Shown: positions 12,960 to 27,500 of the stretch, in pieces
Numbering within the stretch: position 1 is the first letter of the stretch
How the letters are laid out: the number at the start of each line of letters is the position of its first letter
Source of the DNA: Owenia fusiformis
Lineage: Eukaryota
DNA: 64,000 bases
Reading direction: 5' to 3'
NCBI GenBank assembly: GCA_903813345.2
Contig: CAIIXF020000001.1
Coordinates: 23,684,001 to 23,748,000, forward strand
Made by a program: the position numbers and the translations under genes
The notes under the pieces: model-generated
Database searches by the model: none
Told to the model about the DNA's origin: nothing
The model's input: the letters and a program-made list of their open reading frames with translations, nothing else

Positions 12960-13848
12960 AACATAAAACAAGGCACAGACGTGAACAATATCGTACCTAA
13001 AACACAGCATTGTGGTCTTGTTGACCAAGAAAGCAAGATGGCCACAGAAAAGTTAATCAGCTCTAGAACTTATCACTGTGTAACATATGTAAATTTGAAC
13101 GGTTTGGCTGGAAACCTGTAGACAAGTCTTGAAAGTGAAGATTTTAGGATGGAAAATCCAAAATGGCCACCTTAAAATTTACCCAGAATGCCCAAAAACC
13201 AATCAGTTCTTGACGTTGATAATGTAGAAACATCCCTGAAAATTTCAGATGAATCCCTTAAATGGTTTGGCTGAAAATCTGTAGACAAGTCTTGAAAGTG
13301 AAGATTTTAGGATGGAAAATCCAAAATGGCCTCCTTAAAATTTACCCAGAATGCCCAAAAACTAATCAGTTCTTGAAGTTGATATGTAGAAACATCCCTG
13401 AAAATTTCAGATGAATCCCTCAAATGGTTTGGCTGAAAACCTGGAGACAAGTCTTGAAAGTGAAGATTTTAGGACGGAAAATCCAAAATGGCCACCTTAA
13501 AATTTAACCAGAATGCCCAAAAACTAATCAGTTCTTGACGTTGATATGTAGAAACATCCCTGAAAATTTCAGATGAATCCCTCAAATGGTTTGGCTGGAA
13601 ACCTGTAGACAAGTCTTGAAAGTGACGATTTTAGGACGGAAAATCCAAAATGGCCACCTTAAGATTTACCCAGAATGCCCAAAAACTAATCAGTTCTTAA
13701 CGTTGATATGTAGAAACATCCCTGAAAATTTCAGATGAATCCCTCAAATGGTTTGGCTGGAAACCTGTAGACAAGCTGAAAAGTGAGACGCCGCCCGCCC
13801 GCCCGTCAAGCTGACTACAATATCGTACCTTTTGTTAGGTACGATAAG
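12960..13848 (+). mobile_element. Helentron/HINE (pearl-like) element with a ~162-bp internal tandem array
   Basis: About 4.3 copies of a 162-163-bp unit (GAAAGTGAAGATTTTAGG at 13131, 13294, 13456; variant at 13618), then (CCGC)n and terminal hairpin ATCGTACCT-TTTGTT-AGGTACGAT; ATATCGTACCT also occurs near the 5' end (~12988). The 5' boundary is approximate. Confidence 0.75.
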
Positions 13849-15535
13849 AAAAACTTGTTCAGAGAATTGGGGATTTAGGTCATTGAAATAACCAAACTTG
13901 CTGTTATTTTCACCATTCCCATGTGTGACGTCATAATACAACACAATAAATGTACGTACCTGGAAGCAGATTGAATAGAGCACGGTTGTGCCTGTATGGA
14001 GAAATAATGAACGTTCATTATTGGCTATGCTGCATTCTGATTGGTTTAGAAATTCAAATAGAGCACAGTCATGTTTGAATGATCATTATTACAACTTGTA
14101 CTGCACTCTGATAATGATCTTATCACACCAATAGCTGTCACACCCTTTCCTTGCAGTTTGAATATATACATAAGTCCCAGCTCCGTAAGAATCTTAAGTT
14201 TTTGTTTTGGTAAAATGATTTCCTAATATTGACTGAAGAATGAACAAACTAGACTTTTATAGGTATAATAAATTAATTCTATATTTTCATCTGAATAGTA
14301 AATACCAGTTGTCATTTCATAAGATAAAGAATCAATCATATCGACAAATATATGTTTTCTCATTTATTCAGATAAAATTCAAAAACCTTGGCAACCTAGT
14401 ACAATGTCTCAAGAAATAAAGAGCATACAGCACAGTATATTGTAGGCCTATATGAGTCACTACAGAAATGCTTGCCATCTGTGTGTTAAAAATACTTGCT
14501 AGAAGCATGGTTATTCGTGTTCTCTTATTTATAAATTGACAATTAGAGATACAACAATATCATCTCATTACTCTCTCAGGAGGTTAAAATATCTAATTTG
14601 CAATATTCTGCATTCTCTATAACAGACAATCATAAAAAAGTAAGAACTCTTTTAATTCATAGAATAAATGTTGACATTACCACAGGATTAGGTATCGGAA
14701 GATTTGTCCCCTATGGGACCAAACCTTAATGACAGAGTGACAGAAATCAAAAAGAAATTGTGGGATAATAGGTTTGTAATTAACTTCCTGCCATTGATTA
14801 AGTTGTCTCCATGCATTAAGTTGTTCACAGACTTGCCAAGGGTACCATTTAAATTATAACACACTCATAACAGCCTCTAAGGCATGGGTTTACCTAAAAA
14901 CCATCCCTACATATCCTTCAGGAAAATTTATGAGATGCATTGTGTGTTTATAGAGAACATGTATTTAGTTTATTGTATATTTACTGAGTAATTACTGTTT
15001 TAAACATGATTGTAAGAGATACAATGGCATCATCAACAAACTTTATGTATGTAAAACTGATGATGGTTGTTAGTGTCCCAGTACTCCTTCTGAAAATCTC
15101 CAAACTAATTCAAGTAGCCCTAGGTTTTCCTTGTTTTTATGAATCTGCTGATTTACACTGGAAGTCTTGTGTTTAACCATTAGCTAGATCCCTTTTATTT
15201 ACACTGACTTGATGTAAGACTTACTTATACATGCACATGTATATCACTGAACTGGTACAATTTGTCATGCTATGGCACCCTTTTTCACAAATATCATCAT
15301 CAAAAGACTAAGGGGCACATAAACAAGGTTGTACTTTTTTAATTGCTTTCAAAATATTGCCCATGGGTACTTTAGTAGGGTTTCCTATACATATATCTCT
15401 GGCATGTACCAAATGTGGACATACTTTCAATAACATGAATCCATTCCAAATCACAGTAATGTTCAGCAATTTATGGTTGATAAAATATAAATAATGAACA
15501 TTTCAGATGTAGTAAATGTCTCTGATGTTATCACT

Positions 15536-18500
15536 TCATCTTTTGGATAGCATTGTTCTTAGTGCCTGCACCTGAAAGTTAAAAAAACAATACATGAATA
15601 AAGTAAATCATGGCATTAACATGCAAAGTGTTATTTGCCATTTGCTTGCCACCAGTCATTTGTTACAGATTCCAACTGCTGAATGATGAACACCAACCAA
15701 CAAACACCATCCTGTCCACCAAACACTGTCCACAAAAAGTTGGAGACTATAACAATATGTCACCCCATGTGTTGGAAACATTAAAAGGCACAAGAACATG
15801 TGTTGAAAATAAATTGACATAAAGAATCAAATGTTTCATCAAATTGAAGAACATGCAAGTCCTTTGTGATTAGAGAACAAATCTTAAAATATCTCAAAAT
15901 TGAGACTTCAACAAGATTTCAAAGTAATCCAGGAAAAGGTTTATATAACCTGACTGTTCAAAGTGCATTATGACATTTCCTATTTGAAACTGATATAGCC
16001 GACAAGGTGGTGTCTATTTCATGTCACTTTTATCATTTATATGAACAAAAACTAGAAATAAGTAAAAATAAAATACAAATACAAGTTGCAGTTTTCATTC
16101 TGCAGAAGCCTACTAATTTAATGATGCATAACACTTCAAACTCCATCACATACATGTAGTTGCACTTGTTATTATTTGTTGCAGAGGGCAAACATCAAAC
16201 ATTCAATCTGAATGCCAGTCATAATATAAGCTCTTAAATAGTACCAACAGTAGTACTAAATAGTACCAAGCTCTTAAAAAATTGGAGACTATAACAAAAT
16301 GTCACCCCATGTGTTGGAAACAGTAGTACTAAAATTGTTGATATATTTGTACTTTGAAAATTTTAGAAAATATCATTACCTCATTTTCTACGATTTTCTT
16401 TTTCTGCAGCATAGTCTGTGCTTTATCCCGGTCTCCAGCTTTGACTAGGTTAACAGCCTCATTGTGGTAGAGTCCTATTGACCTCTCTATGCTCTCTAGA
16501 TAGCCTGTAACAATGGCAATGATATTATCCAGATTTTCAATTCATTATTCATATATTCATTCCTAGATATGTTTATATATACACATAATGTAAAATAAAA
16601 AAAGTGTTATAATTACTTCTATATGCTGGCATGCCTCCTTGTTGTAACCTTGATTTCTGCTGATCTATATTTTGTTGCAATGACCTTGATTTCTGCATGA
16701 GGGCATCTTCCTGGCCAGCTGACAACTTGCCCCTCAATGAAGAGATCTGTATAGTATAGTAATATAAAATGTGCAATCCATGAGATAAGATAGTAATTAT
16801 ATTTAATTTAAATGGGAACTTCAATTACTTGACAAAAGCATTGCCAATTTCAGTCAAACAGAAGCATTCTCTAGAGCAATTGTGCCACTTCAACTTTCCC
16901 TTTTTTTTTATTAAAGTCATATTTTTATATAGAATTTGACGTTATACATAAAACTATTTAAATTACCTGTTTTTCCAATAACTGTTTCTCATACTTCAAC
17001 ACTTCATTACTGGTAACTGAGTTACTTCTTGGGGCTGCTACTGGGGCACCTTGTGCTGCCCTCTTTACTTGCCCAGATGAACTACCTCCTGGAGACACGG
17101 CTTGATTGGTTGCTCTAAAAAATATCCAAAACATAAAAAAAAAATTAAACTTGTAGATAAAGTCTGACTCAAGATGCTTGAATCTTGTTGTTTCTTGAAC
17201 ACTTTGGAAGTAATCTTGTCCCATTACAAGTCTCCTGTGCCTGTTTTGCTAACATCATGAGTTTTAAAGGGAATGTAAGATGGTGTTTTGTTATGCTCCA
17301 CAAATAATCAAAATCAGAAAACTTGGTTAAGATAATCCTAACCCCCCTATCACACCAAACTAGTTCTTACCCGTTCTTGCCAGTCCTACAAAAATGTTGT
17401 AAAACGGGCTCAATCTGGCTGTGGTCGGGATATATGTCTTAAATAATTAGACACTTTGTTCATAAACAATCTTCAATACGTCCATCTCATTCGCAGTTCG
17501 TTCAGATCGCACCACGTCGGTGTGCAACGTAGTATAAACCGTCCCTCAGTCTAGAAGGTCATCATGACCTGATTACAGAACGGTATGGTCGCCATCGAAT
17601 TTTGAATCGATTCAAAATTCTAAATCACACACCCCGTCCGGGAAAGTCCATGAAGTTCGTAAACAGACCATAGAACATTGTAGCTACGTTCATTCAGTTC
17701 GCACACAGTTTAAAACCGATTCGGCAATGTTTTGACGATCACCCGAACATTTTGAGCATGCTCTAAGTGCTGGAGGACCTACTCGTTCTAGTAGTTTCAT
17801 GAAGTTTGTAAACAGATCCCAAATGGTTCTTAGTGGGTTCTTAGTACGTCAAATACGTTCAAGTTCGTGCACAGTTTGAGCCCGTTTTCGAGAACGTAGT
17901 GAAAACTAGTTTGGTGTGATAGTAGGGTAAGGATATAATACATTTCATAGATGGAATCCCATATTTGTTGAAAACTGTAAATCATTTTCAATTTCTGAAT
18001 ACCTTGTTTTGCAGGCTGGTCGTTATATTTCCAAAATAGGTTTTTGAATATATCATACAACGGTAAAGATTAAAAGGTGGATTGGATCGAGTGGATTGGA
18101 AATCTTCAAGATATGGAATTTCTTAGAATTTTTTCTATTGATCTCCCTCCAAGAAGATTATTGTTCTCCCCAAATAGCATAGAGTAATCATCAACTAATT
18201 GTAGTATGCATTTGTTTGTTGTTGTTTTGTTTTGATTCCTCAAAGGGACCCAAGTGATCACAAAATACTTTGTGGAATGGAAATTTTGCTAAGAGGGAAA
18301 TCTTCAAAAAAAAGAAATTCCTTATTTTGAGGATTCCTGAATCCACCTTTTACATGAATCCAATACACTCGATCCAATCCACCTTTTAATCTCTACGAGG
18401 ATGGTTTCTATAGCTTCATTGTTAGTTAGATATGTTTTCATGGTTTGTGTTTACTGATCGTAGGTATGTCTCTCATAAACTCATAGATCTAGAACTGAAA

Positions 18501-21500
18501 ATGGTTGGATTATGCCCATCAACACATGTTTTCTGAAGGAAGAGACTGAAATTTGGTCTCTATATTAAAGGCAGAATCAGATTTATATGGGGTGACACTT
18601 AATATGTACAATTTGCCTTCCAATTTATTCCTTATGATCTCAAATCCATAATAATTTTGAGAAGCAGACGTAAAAGGATTTTGGCGATATTGAGTGTCAA
18701 AATACGGCCCAATTTTTATACCCACCCGATATATATGAGACATTTCCAATTCAGTGTGTAAAAACGTTACAATATCAGTAAACATAATTTAAGAAAAATA
18801 AAATAAATTTATTTCATTCACTAAAAATACTATTTTACAGAGAGTGACTAAACATAAATTATATGAACATAACAATAAATACATGTATATCATCAAAATT
18901 CATCTAACTGCTAATATAAGAAATTACAATATGTAAAATCTATTTTCCAGGACGGATACATCATCACAATACACATGAACTGTATACTAATAAAAATATC
19001 ACAATAGCTTAGTAGGATGTTAATAGGTCGGTTACTTGTACACAATAGAGCAACATACAAGTTAATAGTATATCTTTCTGTTTAGGAAAAGATCATACTG
19101 GAGTGTTAAAAGGCATTTTATGATGAGGCATCTCATTAAAAGCCATTTCATGGTGGTGTTTTTAAAATCAAAGGATTTCATGATGGAGTATTTAATGACA
19201 AGGCATTCCATTAGAAGGTATTTCATTACAAGGTATTTAGTGATTGGGCATTTAATGACAAGGCATTTCATGATGGGGCATTTAATGACAAGGCATATCA
19301 TGATGGGCATTTAATGACAGGGCATTTCATGATGGGGCATTTAATGACAAGGCATTTCATTATTAGGCATTTCATGATGGCGGACTTAATGACAAGGCAT
19401 TTTATGATGGGGCATTTCATGATCGAAAATTCATTATAAGGGATTTCATAATGGGGCATTTAATGACAAGGGATTTTATGATGGGGCATTTAATGAAAAA
19501 TCGAAGCCATATCATCAACTAAATATTTTTACCCTGCTAAGTGCTAATACATATGCATTGTCCTCATGAGATCACAAACTAAGATAAACTCCCCTAAATT
19601 AATCTGCTCTGTAGACATCAAACATGGAAAGCCTTCTACATTTCTCATTTTTAAATCTTGGATAATATTAAGCACCATAAATATTTGACTTATATTCAAT
19701 TTAGTATAAGATCACAGAAAATCATATTCCAATAGTTCCATTAACAACCAGAACAACGGCAACGCCAAAGCGTAGCGAATCCACTCGAACAGAAATGGCT
19801 GGCATTTTTACAAACGAAATATATAGCAAACTTTAAAATGGTGGCCAATTTTCATAATGGCCGCCTTCTACCAAAAATGTCATTAGACAGTGTGCCATGC
19901 TTATAGTATTCACAAACCAAATATGAACAAAATCGCTCCACTACTTTTCAAGTTACAGCAAAAATTGTAAAATAACGAGTAAAGGCCGAGTAAAATACGT
20001 TTAAATGGCGGCCATTTTTCAAAATGGCCACCTTCTACCAAAAGTGTCATTAGACAGTGTACCATGCTTATAGTATTCACATATCAAATATGAACAAAAT
20101 CGCTCCACCACTTTTCGAGTTATAGTAAAATACGTTAAAATGGCGGCCATTTTTCAAAATGGCCGCCTTCTACCAAAAGTGTCATTAGACAGTGTGCCAT
20201 GCTTATAGTATTCACAAACCAAATATGAATAAAATCGCTCCACTACTTTTCGAGTTATAGTAAAATATGTTAAAATGGCGGCCATTTTTCAAAATGGCCG
20301 CCTTCTACCAAAAGTGTCATTAGACAGTGTGCCATGCTTATAGTATTCACAAACCAAATATGAACAAAATCGCTCCACTACTTTTTGAGTAAAATATGTT
20401 AAAATGGCGGCCATTTTTCAAAATGGCCGCCTCCTACCAAAAATGTCATTAGACAGTGAGCCATGCTTATAGTATTCACATACCAAATATGAACAAAATC
20501 GCTCCACTACTTCTTGAGTTACAGCAAAAATCGTAAAATAACGAGTAAAAGCCGCCATTTTTCAAGATGGCTGGCATGTGCTTTTTTAATATCTACATTT
20601 CTAGCTTTATCAATGTCCTATATAATTTTTTTACATTTAAAACATATTGCTATTACAGTTTTACATATTGCACCTAAATTACTGTAAAATTGGCACTAAA
20701 ATGGCCGCCATTTTTAAATGAGCGGCCATTTTGAAAATCGGCTTTCGAGCAGAATTTCTACCCCCATAGGGTATATGTGTACAAAATATGAACAAAATCG
20801 GGCCAACGGTATTTGAGTTATTGCCTGGACGTACGTACGTACGGACGGACGGACGGACAGAGGCGTTCCCTATATCCCTCCGAACTTTGTTCGATGGGAT
20901 AATTAGCGTAAGGTACCATGTCTTAATAAACTTGTTGTTTGCTAAAACAGTAACATTCTAGAGAGTGTGAACTGATTGAATTGTCCATTACATTCGGTAT
21001 GATATCCAGTTGCATTGTCCACCATTATAAGCTATGTTAACTAGTTGTACTGTCATCCAAACTGATTGTCAGCAAATGCCACATACACTTGAGCTGGTCT
21101 TCTTTCTGGAAGACAAGTACAGCCAGTTAACACACCAATATCACACCATAAATACACCATTATCAAACTAAAGTATAATTTCACCATCAGTTTTCCAATT
21201 TCTCAAGATTATAATAAAAAGCATAATTAGTAAGCATAGCCGTAGGGACCGGGGGTTCGGTGGGTTCGGACGAACCCCCGGTCAGGGTTTCCTAAAAAAT
21301 ATTTGTGGAAAACCAGAAACATTAAATTCAATTTATATGACCAGTAAATAAAAACATAATAATGTTGTACAATTCTCTCCCAAAGTTTGGCAACCTTAGG
21401 CAAGGGTTGGGATTGTCTAATTTTGAGAAGACCCCGGATCATCATGACATTATGCCAAGAAATAACAATAATTTCGCACAATTAAGCTGCTTCATATCCG

Positions 21501-24500
21501 GTGAAATAAACCAAATGTCTTAATACTAATAAATTGATTTAGTTTTGCAATATTTCGATTTACTCTTTAAATCTTTTTCAATCAACTGAAAATTTTTCCC
21601 ATAATTATAAATAAATTTGTTCAATCAATTTAACATAAAATCGTTATTTTTTATTTTAACATAAAAACAACTACTTATTGTCTTACTACTGATGAAAATA
21701 CATTTTCTTTCAAATCTGTGCGCCTTCGTTTTGTTTTATTTTTAACAAAAAAATCTTGCCTGGAGCTGATTAGTCCCCAGGAGCAAATATCAAATAATAG
21801 AAACTTTTTGAAATGAGTTAGTATGAAAAGCACACATGTACGAGTATTTATCATTTATAAACACAAGCATTTGAATGGGTAAAGCATTTATTATCCATCA
21901 CTTCGATTTCTTTTGTGATGTGACTGCTATATTTAGGCCATAGCCAAGATTTCTCAAAAGAGTTCTACTTTTGCTGAATTTCAATGGACATTTGTAACAC
22001 GCATGCTCCCTTATTCACGTGTACACCTCCATATACAAGTTGACCCAGAAAAATTACCCTCTCATTTTAGTATAAACCCAAACATGATTTTTTTAATTTA
22101 TCTGCGTATATAGACTGTTTAAATTCCAAGTTTTAAAATGATCACATTTTCCATCCAGGTATGGTCTAGTGATATTGTCCAAAAATGTTGAAAATGCAAT
22201 TTTCTGAAATTGAGATTTCTGTCTTAGTCATTATTTGCGCCATTTCTGGATTGCTTTCATACACATTATCAATAGAATGTAAAATCTACCCTTTAAACAA
22301 TTCAACAATCTCGTGGAATTTGATGCACTGACTGCTTATTAGGTAAATTCCAATGATTTATGCATTTAACTCTCTATATACACAAAGAAACATGAAAAGT
22401 CCTTTAAATCTGAGATATAGTTATTCCCAAATTAAGGGGTGATGTTTTTGGGGTCACCTCACCTGTACTTCGACTTGGATTTGAATTTTGAATTTTATAT
22501 TTTCAATTCAAAGAAAGAACAAATGGGTATTTTTAGCACTATAGTAGGTGTCTTTTGTTGTAAGGCATTGCAATTTGAAAGAGGTTTAATTTTAGAGACT
22601 ACGGAGTACAATAGATATCGTGTTATTTCAATTTGGTCAGTTTGGAATTTCAGCCTATGTTTCATTTTTTACAAAACTAATTATCAACTGCCACTTCTAT
22701 CGTCAAAGAGTATTCACGTAGCTATAAAGACTTTTTGTACGCCTCTTAATTCTTCTTCAATTCAGTAACTAAATGTAAGGTCATTATGAATGAACACTCC
22801 TCAATTATAAAATTATATACCAAATAAAATATTTTGATTTGGAGTTTTTTTAGAAAAATCATAATCTCAGTATTAAATTGTGGGAATCGCATGTTTCAGA
22901 ATTTGACATCTTTGTGTGAACTTTGCATCGTCGGTTCCCACGCTCAATCATTACGTTCTATCCCGAGGTGAGGATAGGTCCGAAGCTTGATGAAGCAAGA
23001 TGTGAAGTTTATGTGAACTCTTAAGTCTATCTCCCTAAAGTAGCTCGTTTTAAAAAGATGCATATGTTCCTTAAAGATGTGTTAAGATTTGCCCTTAAAC
23101 TTAAGGGGTGATGTATAAATTATAAATATATGTTTACTCTTGATGTGAATTTCATTAAACAAATGTAATATTAAAATCATGATCTTGCCTTCAGATTTCA
23201 GGATATCTATTGGGTTAAAGATTCACCATTATTTTAACATAGAAAATCAAATTGTCTAACTTTTTCAAATTCAATTGTATCTTGCCAAAACAAAATGGAG
23301 GTATCGGACATGATGTCAATTTATTTTTTTTGTGGAGATTTGTGGATAATATAACAAAAATGAACCCTTGGTCACCAAATCCTGGCTACGCCACTGGTAA
23401 GCCATTGTTTATGTGAGTAAAATGAGTAGTTGAATTCCTCATCCTTATACCAATATAGTCAAGATTGGTTGAGAAACATGAAATTTACAATTTAACCAAA
23501 TTGAAATGCCTTTGCATCCCATTTCCAAAACAACATCATCAAAACGCAAAAAAATATCAGATCCTAAACTAAAGGTCCCCAGCTTTAAATTGGTATCTAA
23601 CATGTTCTCATACTTCTAAATAAGTAAGCATGGGTCACAGGGTTTCTTAACAACTTATATATATCTATAACCCATCATATGAGTAAAAGCTACAAAGTGG
23701 GGATTAGGACTAAATTAGTTTTATTAGTCGAACAATGAACTTTTACACTACTACTTAATAAATGCACTTATATTAACAAGAATGCATGTACTTACTGTTT
23801 CTGTCCGATAGGAGGAGCCTGAAAAATAAAAATTAATCAAAATTAATAAAAAAAATTATTTTCAATGAACTCTTGAACTTTAATGAGACAACACATCAAG
23901 TCATAGCAATAATCTTATCATCTGCTCATAAACTTGAGAAACATAAACTGATAAATGACATTTTGATATTAAACCAGAACAACGGCAACGCCAAAGCGTA
24001 GCGAATCCCATCGAACAGCCATGGATTGCATTTTTACAAACAAAGTATATAGTAAAAATGGCAGGCATTTTTCAAAATGGCTGCCTTCTACCAAAAGTGT
24101 CATTAGACCATTTGCCATACTTATAGTATTCACATACCAAATATGAACAAAATCACTCCACCACTTTTCGAGTTATAGTAAAATACGTTAAAATGGCGGC
24201 CATTTTTCAAAATGGCCGCCTTCTACCAAAAGTGTCAAAAGTGTCATTAGAATATATATAAAATACATTAAAATGGCGGCCATTTTTCAAAATTTTTTTG
24301 AAAATGGCCACCTTCTACTAAAAGTGTCATAGGATAGTGTGTCATGCTTTTAGTATTCACATACCAAATATAAACAAAATCGCTCCACTAATTTTCGAGT
24401 TATAGTAAAAAACGTTAAAATGGCGGCCATTTTGAAAAATGGCCGCCTTCTACCAAAAGTGTCATTAGACAGTGTGCCATCCTTATAGTATTCACATACC

Positions 24501-27500
24501 AAATATGAACAAAATCGCTTCACTACTTTTCGAGTTATAGTAAAATAGGTTAAAATGGCGGCCATTTTTCAAAATGGAGGCCATTTTTTAAAATGGCCAC
24601 CTTCTACCAAACGTGTCTTTAGACAGTGTGCAATGTTTATAGTATTCACATACCAAATATGAACAAAATCGCTCCACTACTTTTCGAGTTACAGGAAAAA
24701 TCGTAAAATAACGAGTAAAGGCCGCCATTTTTCAAGATGGCTGCCATGTGCTTCTTTAAAATCTACATTTCTAGCTTTATTAATGTCCTATATAATTTTT
24801 TTACATCTAAAACATATTGCTATTACAGTTTTACATATTGCACCTAAATTACTGAAGATTCGGCACTAAAATGGCCGCCATTTTGAAATGAGTGGCCATT
24901 TTGAAAATCAGCTTTCGAGCAGAACTTCTACCCCCATAGGGTATATGTGTACAAAATATGAACAAAATCGGGCCAACGGTATTGGAGTTATTGCCCGGAC
25001 GGACAGACGGACGGACGTACGTACGGACGGACGGACGTACGTACGGACGGACGGACGGACGTACGTACGGACGGACGGACGGACGGACGTACGTACGGAC
25101 GGACGGACGGACGGAGGCGTTCCCTATATCCCTCCGAACTTCGTTCGATGGGATAATTAATAGTAACTGATTTTAGAAGATATCAATGCTACTACTAGTA
25201 TGCCAAAAAATCATCTCAGAACACTTCTGATTTAATGCACAAGTTCATAATTTTATATTCAAAGGGTAATTTAGCCAATCACTAACACCTACTTTGGCCC
25301 TGTCTAATCTCAAATCAGTTGATTGACTGTACAGGGGAAAATCACTTACATTTCCTGAGAGTATAGTTCGATCAAACTTATCAATCACAAGCCACTTCTC
25401 CTTCACTTCTTCCACTTGTATGGCTGAGAATGGGTTACGTATCCTGACCTTCACCTCTAATTTACCACCAATGCTTTTGCGGCCATCCATCAACTATAAG
25501 AACAAATATACTCTGATGATTAAACAGATCTACAGATTCAAAGTTTGAGAAATATTTGGCTAGAGACAATCCTGTATTAAGCATCATTCATCGCGATTAC
25601 TGTGCACCCTTTATTTTGTCTTGGTCAAACAATAAATAAATAAGAGGGGGTATGGTATTCTAGAATGAGCATTATCAGTTTTAAATGAGAATGAGGTTGT
25701 ACATGCAATTTAAATCAATTCTTTTTTTCATATGTGACAACAGAGAGGATTGGCTCCCAGGGTTCCAACTCAATATTCTGCCATATATGGAGTCATGTCG
25801 TGATAACAAAATTCAAAAATTAAACAGCCACCAATTTTTCACTTCAGAATTTGAAAAGATTTGTCTTATTTCAAAAAAAAAAAATTTCAAAACACAAGAA
25901 ATGATCAAGATATAAGTACTGAAGTTCATTCATATGTTTTTCGCCATAGAAACCAACACTGAACAAATTGCTTCAAGATTAAAAATATTGCGTTGGATTG
26001 GAACCCTGGGACCTTAAATCATCTTGTGAGATACATTACTATTGTTCATCAGTAACTGATGTACTGTATATACTTACATCAAAACTTTCATGGAGAATAC
26101 ACTTAGACTCTAGTGGTGCTAACTTGATACTTGCAGTTCCTAGTAACTTGTCACCTTTGAAGAAACCTCTACAAAAATACATTTCATGGTGTAAAATACA
26201 ACTACAGTAAAACTTGTAAATCCAAACACCTAGCTAATCTTGACGCCATCCATCAACTATAAGAGCAAATATACTCTGATTATTAAATGCAAAGTTTGAC
26301 GTCATTCCCCTTGACACCAATGTTCAAAAAACTTGAAATGTGAGAGAGTAACCTGTCTAATCTGAACACTTCATAAAATATCACGTTTCATACAAAATTT
26401 TTAAAGTTAAATATTTGAAAGTTAAACACTGCTTTGCCATGATATCAAAACTTTTGAAAAAAACTTAAATGGTCTCAATCATAATTGGGCTTCCAGCATG
26501 ACTAAATTCAGTTGAATCGAATATTCAAATTACTGGAATGCCATGAAGCTATGTGGTCAAAAGAATATTTATTGTCCAAAATCCAGAATCTTGCGAATGC
26601 AAAAACCTCAAAATAAAACACTTCCTCATACGAACACTTTTATCCGGTCCCAATGGTGCTAGAATTAGACAGGACTGTTTTACTGTATATTTATTCTGTA
26701 CTAGTGTAATGCATTTGTTGACCTTAAGATGGACTTGGTAATTGCTGAATTTAGTACATGTACAGTAAAACCTCTAATCTGAATACCACTGGGGCTGGTC
26801 AAAAGTGTTCAAATGAAAGGTGTTCACTTTTCAAGATCTTATGAAAGTCTGTGGCAGATTATAAAAATTGGTCTGAAAAAGTGTTCAAATTAGTTTCTGG
26901 ACAATGCAACTGATGACTCCTGTAGAGATGGAAAGTGAACACTGGACTACTGTAAATATTAATATATTCATACTGAGATGAGATTCTAATATTGGACATC
27001 AGAAAGGAATTGATAACATTTCAAATACTATTTTTTGTTCTCTTTTGAAAGTGTTCATATTAATAGTTTTTTTTCTATACATAATTTTGCATGCCAATAT
27101 CAAATCATGAAAACTTAAGTAATGCTGTATTATAAATGTAAGCATTGGACATTTAACAGTTGGAATGATTATGAATAGACATTTCAGTGACACAAACATA
27201 TATCTTACCTTTTATAAAATATTTCTAACTTTATGGCTTTGCTTTTGACGACTCTGGCAAATGACCTTGACTTTCTGTTCATTTCTATCTTGAAAGACTG
27301 ATTGTATTCTGCAAAGTACATCAGTAAATGACTTATTTATTCCATAGTTGCAATATTTGTTGGATAAGTGTAACCAGTGGAAAATATCATATTTTGGCAA
27401 AAGTTCACTAAACCATGAAATACAGCTTTTAAATAGATACTGCGCCATGGAATACTGCGCCTTATCCCATAGTTGAGGTCAGATCTATAGAATAGCACTT

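Noticed and set aside
13081-13780. Regular repeat array considered as CRISPR-like
   Set aside because: Contiguous ~162-bp tandem units without unique spacers, eukaryotic context, no cas genes.
19062-19314. Cys/Met-periodic ORFs on both strands
   Set aside because: A by-product of a 15-bp minisatellite; no convincing splice context.
24888-25170. ORFs with RTDGRTYV repeats
   Set aside because: Translation of the (ACGG/ACGT)n microsatellite at the end of a HINE-like element.
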